Below the pieces are notes generated by a model. That model had not been told where the DNA came from, ran no database searches, and saw only the letters and a list, made by a program, of their open reading frames with translations. Source: Marsupella aquatica (Eukaryota > Plantae > Marchantiophyta). From it: a DNA stretch of 64,000 nucleotides. Position 1 is the first letter of the stretch; every line of letters begins with the position of its first letter. Positions 25,501 to 36,552 of this stretch are shown here, piece after piece. The stretch lies in the NCBI GenBank assembly GCA_973895155.1, contig OZ316892.1, positions 23,289,168-23,353,167 of the forward strand, given 5' to 3'. The position numbers and the translations under genes are program-made.

Positions 25501-26784
25501 GGCATGAGAGCGATTCGTAATCCGTCCACTGAACTGGCCGCCCCTTGCAGGAACTAGAGAAAATCACGGTGGCAGTTTAGTTTGCAAACAAGAGTGCTGC
25601 ACCCATCGAACCTTGCGGCGTTGGTAAACTCTGTCGGAAACGCAGAACGGAAAGGAGAAAATTGCATCTTGGCATGGCGCCTTAGAATCCCATCCAATGG
25701 CATGAGTCTCAGAAAACTCCAGAAGGTGGTCAAGACAATTCATAATTACGTTCTTCCTGGCGCAGGCCAGCCCGGCCTCAAGGAGGAAATTTGCATTTCA
25801 GTCTCTTCTATTCTCGACAGGAGATGGACTGGGATCGGACTTGGCGCACACATGCAGATATTGTTCCAGAGTGCAATCTCCCAGGAAAGCAAAAGGACAA
25901 TTGTTATCGAACACAACGCTTTTCTTGGTCGATGCAATTTCCGTAAATCGGGAAACTGACGGTACCATACTACCAGTACTGCCGCTATACTACCGCTATG
26001 GTGCTCCCAATGCCGCATTCTGAGTTGGGCGTCGACTCTATGCGAAATGCAGAGTCAGGACCTCGGCTAAACATGTGGCCCCATCGTCTTGTGACATGGA
26101 TACAATGCCCACTCATGAGAATCCCGCAATACACATTGCAATGCAAGGACATGCTGGGAATTTCGAAACAGCTTCCACGGGCACACATAGGTTGCAACCG
26201 ATTCGTTGCATTTAGGGCGGACAGTGAAAGAACGGAGGTGGAGTTGTAAAAGGCATGATGAGAATTGATAATGCGGACTTGTAGGACAAGTTCCGTCGTG
26301 TTGAAATCCCCAACTTAATTACTTCCAACTGATCAGAAATATAATTCAAAACTTGAGAAAGCTAGACGGCGGGGCAGGAAATGAATGCAGCTAGCAGAGA
26401 GAAATTAGAATAATTTCTGCGGAGAAAGAGAAGAGAGAGACCGTCTGAAATGAGATGCATAACGCCCATTCGAGAATTTTGCGGCGTCTTCTTGGCTGGC
26501 TACAGTTGAGCAAGCAACACACTCGGCGCAGGATATGTAAACTTGTCCGACCACCATCACAAGCACTTCCGGCCGCTCATAGTGGTGTGCACACATAGAT
26601 AGTCGTCGCACAGATTACATGTCTTCTTCTCTCATCAATCATCACATTCAGCATCAAATAATCGTTACAAGATTGGCAATTGCAGACATCGAGGCACATA
26701 CGCATCATCGTCAGCATCAGCACCGGCCACATTGTCACGAGGGCAAAGAGAAGAAGGAATCACACCTAGCGAGACGAGTTCCAT
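22596..26784 (-). CDS. Atypical glutathione S-transferase-family protein (SHYCEK active-site motif)
   Basis: Spliced reading: MELVSLG (26766-26784) / VSHYCEK (24832-24854) / ARWALDRAGVMYKESKHVVLFHMFFTR / GLGAGTSCPKFLMG..VVLQESPDILHFAEK..RLYP / EVKLDKRFGPHVRRWVYCYLL / ..IIQEIFQE / VDDTLADGRPFICGSRFTAADLTFASLAGPVIMPPE / SGAIHPPL..EMREAVLQLRKTPSGQ / HVLKVYATERNKVVT-stop (22596). Has GST N-domain (cis-Pro, ES) and C-domain (T.AD N-cap) hallmarks; all junctions GT-AG. Confidence 0.88.
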
Positions 26785-27520
26785 GATCGTGAAAGAGAAA
26801 CGTCGCCGATCGAGAGTCGATCAACCGAAGATGTCGAGTGGTCAACCAATCACTTCTGAAAAATAGTATGGATGCGCGCAGGCAGGCAGGCAGGCAGGCA
26901 GGCAGCCCCGGACCCACTCCAGCAGGTCAAGAAGTAGGCGGGAACCTCGGAGACACTGCGAATGAATGCACAATCCCGACGCAGCGCTCGTTGCAATGCG
27001 ACATTGGCATTTTGGCAACGCATCGAAGTCGACGACTACTTAAATCATCGACCAACCTTGTCGTCGACGCAAGGTACATATGAAACCGCATGGCAGGTTC
27101 TTCGGATCCTTCCTGTCCTTAATTTCATACGTCCCGTGATCCCACTTGACGAACTGTATTCCTAGTCGCCGGGGAGGTTCCATCATTATTGTAGGTACCT
27201 CCTCCTCCATTCCATTCCTTGGATTCCATGTAGTCGAGTGCTGCACACAACACGGCAGCCATGAGAGAGGCTCCTCCGTCTTTTGCGGTGACATGAAGGT
27301 GTGAGGCACTGTCTTTTTGGTAAGGATTTTACTTTTTAACCCGAGTGGCGAATGGCGAATGGTGAATGGCGAATGTCCATTGTGAAGGAGACGATGCTTA
27401 TAATCAAAATATTCCTTATCCGATTATTTCCCGGACAGTCACATCTCCCTGGATTTAAGGACTACCGTTAGATTCTGGCTAATGGTACCTGTTATTAGGT
27501 GGAATAGTGACTATGACACA

Positions 27521-27645
27521 GAAAATACTAGCAAATTATTGCCAAAAATAGGGAAAGCTTTTTGGGGAGGTGGAATTTGGTGAAATACTAGCAAATTATT
27601 GCCAAAAATGGGGAATGCTTTTTGGGAAGGTGAAATTTGGTGAAT
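27521..27645. repeat. 60-bp tandem duplication
   Basis: aaatactagcaaattattgccaaaaat.gggaa.gcttttt ggg.aggt..aatttggtgaa occurs twice head to tail. Confidence 0.85.
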
Positions 27646-28358
27646 TTTTGCCACTAGGAAAACGATGGTGTGAAAGCCCAGGACACCCTTTTTTTCTCGC
27701 TTGGTTGCTTTGATAGACAGCTCCATATATCATCACTCAAGCTTTTACTATTCTTAGTAGGGGTATGTTTTGCTGTCAATTTCATTGTGGATATTTCATT
27801 GGTGTAGCCATTTCATTGTTGTGGTCAATTTCATTTTGGATATTTGATTGTTGTAGCCATTTCCTTGTTGGGGCCATTCGTTACAGCCATTTCATAGTTC
27901 CAATCTTTTTCATTGTGACCATGTCCTTGCTGTGGCCATTTCATTTGTGCAACCATTGTGTAGTTGGACAATGATGTTGTTGCAACAATAACTTAGGATT
28001 TGGGGTTAATGTAACTTGTAAAAAATACTTCATGACGAGGCCAGGAAAAAAACTTCTCCTCTAAATAGACTTTAATTATTTTTCACTCTTCTGCTACCCT
28101 AAATTTCTCTTTTCACCCATCAAAATTCTAATGTGTATTGTTATGTTTCTATCAATTCCTTTATGTGAACGGGGCATGTCCATGCAAACGTTGTTTAAAT
28201 GTACTGTGGGCCCTAGTTAGATCTTCTTTTGAGACCCACAATAGTCACATGTCAACTCAACACTCAATCTTAGAGGACCTTGAGACAAGAACTCAACACT
28301 CAATTTGAGAGGACCTTGAGATAAGATTCTTTTTATGGATGGCAGTGCCCAAGTCTAG

Positions 28359-28835
28359 GTGTGGGTGCAGGTGCATCCATGACAAACTAGGATTTACTCT
28401 TTATTCTTCCTTTCACCAGATTTCCTAGTGTGGGTGCAGGGTCATCTATGCCAAGCTAGGATTTCCTCTTTCTTCTTCCTTTCACGAGATTTCCTGGTGT
28501 GGGTGCAGGGTCACCTATGCCAAGCTAGGATTTCCTCTTATCCTTTCTTTCACGAGATTTCCTGGTGTGGGTGCAGGGTCATCTATGTCAACCGAGGATC
28601 TCCTCTTTATTTTTCCTTTCACGAGATTTCCTGGTGTGGGTGCAGGGTCATCTATGCCAAGCTAGGATCTCCTCTTTATTTTTCCTTTCACGAGATTTCC
28701 TGGTGTGGGTGCAGGGTCATCTATGCCAAGCTAGGATTTTCTCTTTCTTCTTCCTTTCACGAGATTTCCTGGTGTGGGTGCAGGGTCATTTATGCCAAGC
28801 TAGAATTTACTTTTTATTCTTCCTTTCACCAGATC
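28359..28835. repeat. 69-bp minisatellite, ~7 copies
   Basis: Unit gtgtgggtgcagggtcatctatgccaagctaggatttcctctttcttcttcctttcacgagatttcctg starting at 28359, 28428, 28497, 28565, 28634, 28703, 28772; this explains the repetitive ORFs 28428-28906. Confidence 0.95.
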
Positions 28836-28980
28836 TCACGGCTAGGAAAATTTATGATTTAAATACAATAGTCATTATGAGATTCCTCCAAAAGTGCATC
28901 ATATAAATGCATAGGGAGGAATAAAAAGGCGGGCCAGATTGGATATTACATGGGATATTATAGTGTTTAGATATCCCTAC

Positions 28981-29196
28981 TTCTGTGCATCGCACAAAAG
29001 ATGTCAAGGTGAGGAAAAAAGGCTGGTGAGAAAAAGATGTCGAGGAGAGAAAATATGTGAAGGTGAAAAAAATGTGAAGGTGAGAAAAAGATGTCGACAA
29101 CAAAAAAAATGTCAAGGTGAGGAAAATATGTGAAGTATATAACAATGTCAAGGTAAAGAAAAGATGTTGAGGTGAGAAAAAGATGCCTAGGTGAGT
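28981..29196 (+). repeat. Degenerate ~20-bp tandem array (aaaagatgtcaaggtgagaa), short copy of the family at 45830-46700
   Basis: About 10 units of atgtcRaggtgagRaaaa; the left junction ctgtgcatcgcacaaaagatgtc resembles the reverse complement of the 46675-46698 junction (ctgtccgttgcacaaaagatgtt). Confidence 0.8.
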
Positions 29197-32100
29197 AAAC
29201 AATATCTTTGGGGTCTCACTATATGGAGTCCTCCCGCATCTCTGGTGACAATTTTAGGTTTCAGATCCCCTAATCGAAATGTAAGATTTCTAATTTATTT
29301 CTACCCCTACTAGTTGGAATATTCTACAAACATTATGTTGTGGACTAGGGTGAGCACATGGGATGGGGAGAGGAGTGCAAGGGGTGTGACATCAAAGGGT
29401 CCAAGTGCAAGTCCATGCTTGGTCTTGCAGTGCTATGTGGAGAGATAACCTTTTTCTTTTTCTTTTTCCCCTCTCCTTTTTATCTATAGTTCATTTTATC
29501 CCCTTCCCCCCATTTGCTGTCACCACCCTCTTCTCCAGCTCACAAGGTGCATGATGGGGCTTTGGCATGGAGAGTGGACGCACAGATGGTGAGCCAAAAT
29601 GTATAGGGCATAAGTGTAAGAAGTTAGGTCGGGGAGGAGGGGGTTAACATGGTTTTGGGTGGATCAAACTGTTCGAAAAAAATTGGATTCCACCAAACTT
29701 TCATAAATCCTTCAGGGCCCAAAAAGTCACTACATTTTAGCATTGAGTTTTTTCATTAGGTCAAAGCACCCCTTTCTCTTCTTTTCCCCACTTTTTTTCT
29801 TTTCTTGCATTTTCCCTAATAAATTCCTTTGATTTTCTTTAATTAGTAGTTATATCCTTTAATTCTCCTCCCTCCTTCCTTTCCCTCCTGGCTCCTCAAT
29901 TTTGAATTGGGTCAATTAATATTTTTCTCCTTTCCCCTAAACCCTTTTCCTCTATTTTTCCTTTTTTTTACGTTTCCCCAATTTCTTTATTTTTCTTTAT
30001 TTTTTCTTTTTCTTCTATCTTTTATTAACTTCCCTCCTGGCGCCTCCACCTCCTTCCGCTGCTTACTACTATACACTCATCTTGGGAGTGAAATAAACTA
30101 ATGTCTTCTGTAACTTCAGTACATACTATACAATCATATCTCCTGGCAAGGAAATATGTACCCTATGGTATTTACCTCCCCATAACATTGGAGGGTTAGA
30201 AATGCCATTAGATTCAACCCCGGATGTATCCTAATGTACAATTCATAGCCTACCAGCCTATATAGCAAGAGCGTACTTTCTGTGGCCTGTAGTCAAGTCT
30301 GAGGTACCTCTGCAAGAGTACATGCGCAGGGCAACAGGCAAAGTAACACAAGGGGGCGGTAGGGCAGGTGCTTTTGGCTTATCCAAGGGTGACAGTAAAT
30401 TGTGATATTATTGGACGGTAGGATCTCGGACCCTTAGCATTTTGTAAGCACACGATCCACCAATTCTGGCAGGATTACATATTATAGAAGAAAGAAGATG
30501 GGCTCAAAGCTTGGCTATACCAGGATATCCGAGAGTATATTGTGTTATGGAACTCCCATAAAGTATGGGAGCTGATCTTTGATTACCATAGCAAAAGTTG
30601 GCCGGCTCAACACTTAAACCACCGTCCACTAGCCATGAAAAAACCTGGTTCCACCATAATTAGTACGATTATCCTGGAGCTGTGGAGCAAAATGGCATGG
30701 GAGAGGAGAAAAATGACTGGAATGTGAAAAAGGGGAAACCCGTTTTATATGGCTAATTGTGGATTAATCAATAATCTTTCTTGTAACTTTAGGTACAAAT
30801 CCAGAAATTGAGAAAACCCCAAAAGTTGTGATTTGAAGGCACATGGACTTGGGGCCTAATGTGGTAGTGGTGGCTGACTGAGAATGAAGGAAAAAGGATA
30901 TACACTCTCAGATGAAGTTGAGGTTATAACCCCTATGTTATGGGGAGGGTCAATGCCCTTCCCCCATTTTCTAAGATCTTTAACTTGGTCACATAACCAG
31001 AGTTATGAAGTAGACCATAAATCTATAACTTATAGCCATGGCTCAACTTTGAGCCACCCTATAAGTACTAGGCCTCAAATAGAGTCCATGAGCAGTCTCA
31101 TGAAGATCCGGGTTTAGTTTGGAGGGACGCGGCCAAAACATTACCACAGTTCCTGAGCCTAGCCCACACAGTTGTGTCATGGGATTTGATTGTTCCCTGA
31201 TGGCCAATTCCCCCCACCGTGGCCTGACTGTTATGCAACCAACGAAACATGAAAGTCTTAGTTTGCACGAGTTGAACTCACCTGTGGACCACTTGACGGA
31301 CATTGGCCCTATCCTATGCCTACATAAGAGCAAAATTGGTCTATATATGAGACCCCCTAGTTTTTAGGTTGGGTAGTTGCACCACTTCCTTGATATCACA
31401 CTATGATATTAGCTGGTAAGACAATGTTACTATTCTTTATGGGTCATAGACTTGCATGTGGACAGCCCTTTGTTTTGCGGCCCTCAATTGAATGGATAGC
31501 ATGAGCTGATTGACTGTGTGAGTCTTTCATGCTTGCACGCCCTCCTCAGGCAAGCCTATTGACATCTCATCTGGGGAACCAAGGGCAAAAGCTGGAAACT
31601 TTCAGGCTCTTGACTTCCTGACCTGTAAAATTGGAACAAAACAAAAGGAGGCAAGACCACTAAAGCTGGGCCCTACAACACCTAGTTGGAGAAAATTAGG
31701 GATAACTCGGGGCCTCGGAGAGAGCCTCAAAAGAAAAGTTTACTTACATGCAAGTTGGCTCTTAGTCCTGCTCTTAATAGTAGGCAAGGTACCTCATTGT
31801 AGATATTAAGGTAATGGTCCAAAGGCCTTTGATGAATCTTGCTCCATTGATCACCTTCTCCGGCATATGTGCATTTATGTCGTGCCCTTGCCTCCTTCTC
31901 ATTCATTGAATATTCATTTAGTCGATTCTCTTTATGGTATCAGACCCTCTTTAGGATAACGTCGTCAGGTTGTGCTGCCCTTAGTCTTTTCAGCTACGAA
32001 CTGGTAACTAAGCATCCCTTGTCTAGATCTTAGTTTCCTGAGTATACTCCATGTTACTAAAGATGGGCTAAATTTCTGCAAAAGTGGCTAATAGTTTCTA

Positions 32101-34473
32101 GGGGGGATGGAATGTGGCAATTTTTTGTACTTAAAAAATACAATCCCTTTCCTTCCCTTCTTCTGGTCACCACATTGCACTATATATCCTGGCATCCTAG
32201 ACACTTCCTTGTGTCCTGTAGAAGGAGGGCAAGAGACAGGCGGGAAAGTTTTGGGGTTGCACTAGGGAGTCTCAAGTAGCCCTTCCCCCAATGATTTTGT
32301 GCACCAAGAATGCTATGGGTTGGGTCATGAGATTTTCTGCCACTATCTCGAACAGTCCACACTTAAAATTGGTCTGCACAAATGTGTTGGTGCCCTACTG
32401 ATGTTGAGTTAACGCATTATTAATTTGGCAGGTGTTGTGACCCCATCTCAAATCAAAACTCCCTAGGTTAAGTTTTCCCAACGGATGTTCATACCCATAG
32501 TGATGCTGAAATAGTAATGGCATCTGAAAGTTGCCCTTCCCCTAAACGTTTTTTTGATCAACCGCTGTGCAAACTTCCACTGTACAACTCCACTAAAAGT
32601 TGTATGAACCATTTTGGTTAAAATTAGTCACTGGTTTTTTGTTTATCTTCCACATACCCTCATTTCCAGAATTTGACTCTTCTACTTAAACCTAAGAAGA
32701 TCTCATAGTAAAATATTCATCTGAGGAAACTATACAAACTAAGAACATTCTTAGAATCTTTACCTTCAGTGTACCAGGTGACATTGGCCACTTTCTTAGG
32801 TTGACTATGGAATTGTGGAGGGGTTAACAATTCCAATGTCAGTTGTACACTGAAGAATCTGTTGGAACTGTTAAATAAAATTGTTTCTTTTTTCTTTTTT
32901 TCTTTCATAGGTTGACTATGGAACCGAGTAGGGGTTACCAAGGTTGGGTGTAGAATGTGTAGGGGCTGTTGGGACTGAGAGCCCCAAAGAGTCCATTTCA
33001 AAGAAGGGGCCTCATCAAGGGTTTGTTTTACTAGCTAGGGCATCTGGTACAAAAAAATGGCACCTCACTTGCAGCCTATGTGCACTGCAACAAGGTAGAA
33101 CCTGACCATGATTTTCTCAGGTAATGAAATATAAGTGAGGTCACGACACACTGTATGTAATTGGGTTTACTGTGAAATTCAAGACTTTTTATGGTTCCAA
33201 GCGTGACTGGTCAGGCCTCACATTTGGTGCCCAAACAGTCATGACCATTGACCTGACCTGCAACAGTCCCAGGCGCAGTCAAAACTGAAAAATTTGCATA
33301 GTGAGACGCCCCACTGGAGGGGCCCCATCAAGTCTATTTCTCCGAGGTGTGGCAGGAGTGAGACAGGAAGACAATTGTATGGCTTAGGATAAAATGGAGT
33401 TGTAGAAATTAGTTCGTGGACCCCTTGGCTAATAAAACCAGGGGGAGGAGTCGATCTGAGCCGTCTACATTTCGTATCTCCGGAAATCTCGTCCGTCCAT
33501 CATAATGGCCAATCTATGGCTCAAAAAAATAAATCTCAAATAGATCTATGGATGAGTTCTGTCCGTTCGGCAAATGGGTTAATATTTTTCAAATGAAAAA
33601 TTAAACAAATCCAAGCCTTTCTAACCGTCGATTTTGTTGATTTTACGATCTTTGCCGTCCATTTTGTAATGCCTCTAGGAATCTTATTCATCCATGTTAG
33701 AAGGCAATCTAGGGTCAGTGCAAAAGAAAGATCTCAATGAGATCTACAACTGGGTATTTTTTGTTTTGAGAATAAGTAAATAGTTTTGAGTATAAAATTT
33801 GATGAACTTTCAAGATTCCAGCCATTCCTCCTCCCCAATCCTGGGTTTCTATGTGCTCCCAACATTAATGGCCGTACAATACAAGAGGTCCTTACATACC
33901 GGGAGTTGCGGTTTAACAAGGAAGTTATCAAGTTAGTTATTAGTCATTATTTATTATATGATAAATACTTTTATAAATCTTTGAATTTAAGTTTTAAAAT
34001 TGGAAATGTAATTAAAACGGTTACATAGTGACAGTTTTAATCGTCTTGCTCTTTGCATTTCCAATGTTTTTACTTTTCTTTTTACGGCACGGCGTCCCAA
34101 AATTTACACCCAAATTGACACAAACACGAATGAAAACTATAAGTTTGATTCACAAAACCGACAAGTCTTGTTTGTTGCGGTTGTTGTTGACGTGGCACGT
34201 TGTGGTGCCAGGAATTTTGGAAGGGACCTCTAGTGGGGTCCGTAACCAATAGGGCGTGTCAAGGTACTCCTGTAAGCAAAGTCTTATGGCTATACCAGCC
34301 GTATGGGATATGTGTTTTGGTAGCCCATAGTGATTTTGCCCTGGCCGTAGAAGCATTTTATATCTTGCGCTGCAACTAAGTTTACAACCATGCTTCGACA
34401 TACCCTAATAGTGACACACCCTAATGGTTTCCCCCTAGGTAATCACACATCAAAATATGGTAATATATGACGT

Positions 34474-34965
34474 GCACTCATTGATTTAAAGAAAACAACA
34501 AAGTTATCATACTATGGAGCAATGTGATACCTGTCATATTTTGATGTGGAGGTGATTTAAAGAAAACAACAAGGTTTATCATACTATAGAGCAATATAAT
34601 ACCTGTCATATTTTGATGTGGATGTTTATCTTGGTATGGAACAATGTGGTAAGCCCTATATGTCATATTTTGATGTGCAGTTACTGGGACCATGCATTCA
34701 TTGATTTAAAGAAAATAACAAGGGTTATCATACTATGGAGCAATGTAGTACCTGTCATATTTTGATGTGGAGGTTTATCATGGTTGCACTCATTGATTTA
34801 AAGAAAATAACAAGGTTTATCATGGAGCAATGTAATACATGTCATATTTTGATGCCCAGATTTATCATGGTATGGAGCAATGTGGTAAGAGCACAAGGCA
34901 ATGTAGTACCTCTCATATTTTGATGTGGAGGTTTCTCATGGCATGGAGCAATGTGGTAAGCCCAG
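34474..34965. repeat. Modular minisatellite of shuffled sub-units
   Basis: Recurrent modules gcactcattgatttaaagaaaa(c/t)aacaagg, tttatcat..atggagcaatgt and cctgtcatattttgatgtggagg, repeated ~7-8 times in varying order. Confidence 0.9.
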
Positions 34966-35161
34966 GACCCAATGGTGTGGGTTAGCACGTTTGGAAAAGT
35001 AGGCTGATTAATGGACAATACAGGTCTGTGAAGAAAATAAAGGGAATTGAGTTCGTTCCTGCTGTGTGGAGAGACGAACAGTACAATGAGGCGGCATTGA
35101 CGGAATTTAGAAAGCGCGAGGTTGTGCATCAGTGCAGCATTCAGCCCTTGGGAGTCGAGCC

Positions 35162-36510
35162 ATGCTATCTTTTGCCTCCTCTCTTGCGAGTCATATTGGC
35201 TACTAGATTGCCAATTTGAACAAGAGTGATTTCAAGTCTGTTTCATTTGAGCTCACTCAGGTATGGATATTTCTCTCTTGCACTTCCCCTCGTGCTGTGT
35301 GTTGGAGATTTCTCACAATCATTGCTTTGCGCCTGGATTTTTTTGATAGTAATCTTGGCATTCCCTCTCGCGAGGTGCTGGCTTCATGTGAGCGGACACC
35401 TTTGTACAACGAACAACCGACCTAGCCAGATAAACGAGATGGATTGTCAAGAGGCGATCACTGATATGGATAGAGAAGGTTTTAGGGTTCCCATCTTCTC
35501 ATTTTTTCTGAAACAGGGGCGGAGCAAACATTTGTCTCCACGGACTTTCACTGCTTCTGACGCTACGTGCATAATTTCTAAACGGATGATTATGCTTGCC
35601 TCACAAATTTTGCTTACGCCTTCAATGGAGGAGAAGTCTGTTTTTGTTAGTTAACAAAGTGTGAGACTCTCGCACTTGTTCTGGTCTCGAGGACCTGTTC
35701 CCACAGAATCAAGTTTACGTGGTGAAAATGTTCTTCGTGACCTTTCCGGACCCGTTCTGGAATCCTGGGTCCTGAGTCGATTCTTTACGCTTGCCTAGGG
35801 GCCGTATTACACTGATATCTAACGTGAAGGTTGTGTGGTGTTTTTATGGTTTCAGTTAACGGTGTAACGGAGCATGGGCTAGATGGAAGCGTGATTTTGC
35901 TCCGTATCTGCTTGGAGCAAGTGCACCTAAGGGAAGCAGAAGTACAGAACTTGCAGTTGAAGCTTGAGCTCTGGCTTGTGTATTAATGAAGCTAGTTCGG
36001 CAATCCAACTTTATTACAATATTTTGCGAAGCAACGAGGCAAATTGTTTCACATAGTGACGACCATTTCTTGGAGAGTTGATCGCAATCGCTGAATCTGA
36101 CTCTAGCGGAGCAAATTCGTATCGGTCGAGCCTTATTAGATGCAGAAGAGTTGAAGCATCGGCAGAAAGGTAAATACATGTGTCTTTGTGAGTGTGCTAA
36201 GTCTGCCGGTCTGACTTCTTACCACGAATGCTGTTTGTGGGGACTCAGCCTTACACTGCAGGATATGAGCCGCTGGCATTTATCCATTTGTGTAATATTT
36301 TGTGCAGGCCAAAATCTTGTAGAGCTAAAGGTTGTGGAGTTATACCAGAGTGAAGTCCCTTGTGGATCAGAAGCAGAAGCTTTGACTTCAGACATCTTTC
36401 GATTGCTCTTGCGAAAAGACGTGTTATCCAGGCATACACTGCCGCTGGTGACGGCCTTGGCAACCGTGTTTTCTAATGCTGGCGCTTCCTTACTGTTGAC
36501 TCCTTGGGTA
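35162..36510 (+). pseudogene. NOT1: CCR4-NOT subunit 1 (CNOT1/NOT1) N-terminal fragment, three exons, disabled
   Basis: Exon 35162-35260 MLSFASSLASHIGY*IANLNKSDFKSVSFELTQ|gt; exon 35856-36169 (L)TEHGLDGSVILLRICLEQVHL..NLQLKLEL/LACVLMKLVRQSNFITIFCEA..FLES*SQSLNLTLAEQIRIGRALLDAE..|gt; exon from 36308 GQNLVELKVVELY..LTSDIFRLLLRKDVLSRH..LLLTPW. Recognised from memory as collinear with the CNOT1 N-terminus. Lesions: TAG 35204-35206, 8-nt duplication ~35857-35872, frameshift ~35970, TGA 36079-36081. Confidence 0.85.
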
Positions 36511-36552
36511 AGGAAGGGGGCTGTTGGGAAGGAGAAGGGAGGGATTGGAACC

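Noticed and set aside
25330-26260. Cluster of 60-125-aa ORFs on both strands
   Set aside because: All lie inside the 1.9-kb first coding intron of the GST, and none shows a recognisable domain.
29200-34400. Probable nested retroelement/DNA-transposon debris (LTR-like ends such as ggggtgtgaca at ~29381; inverted agttgtaga/tctacaact at ~33398/33743)
   Set aside because: No gag, RT, integrase or transposase motif, paired LTR or TSD could be demonstrated, so it is not called as a feature.
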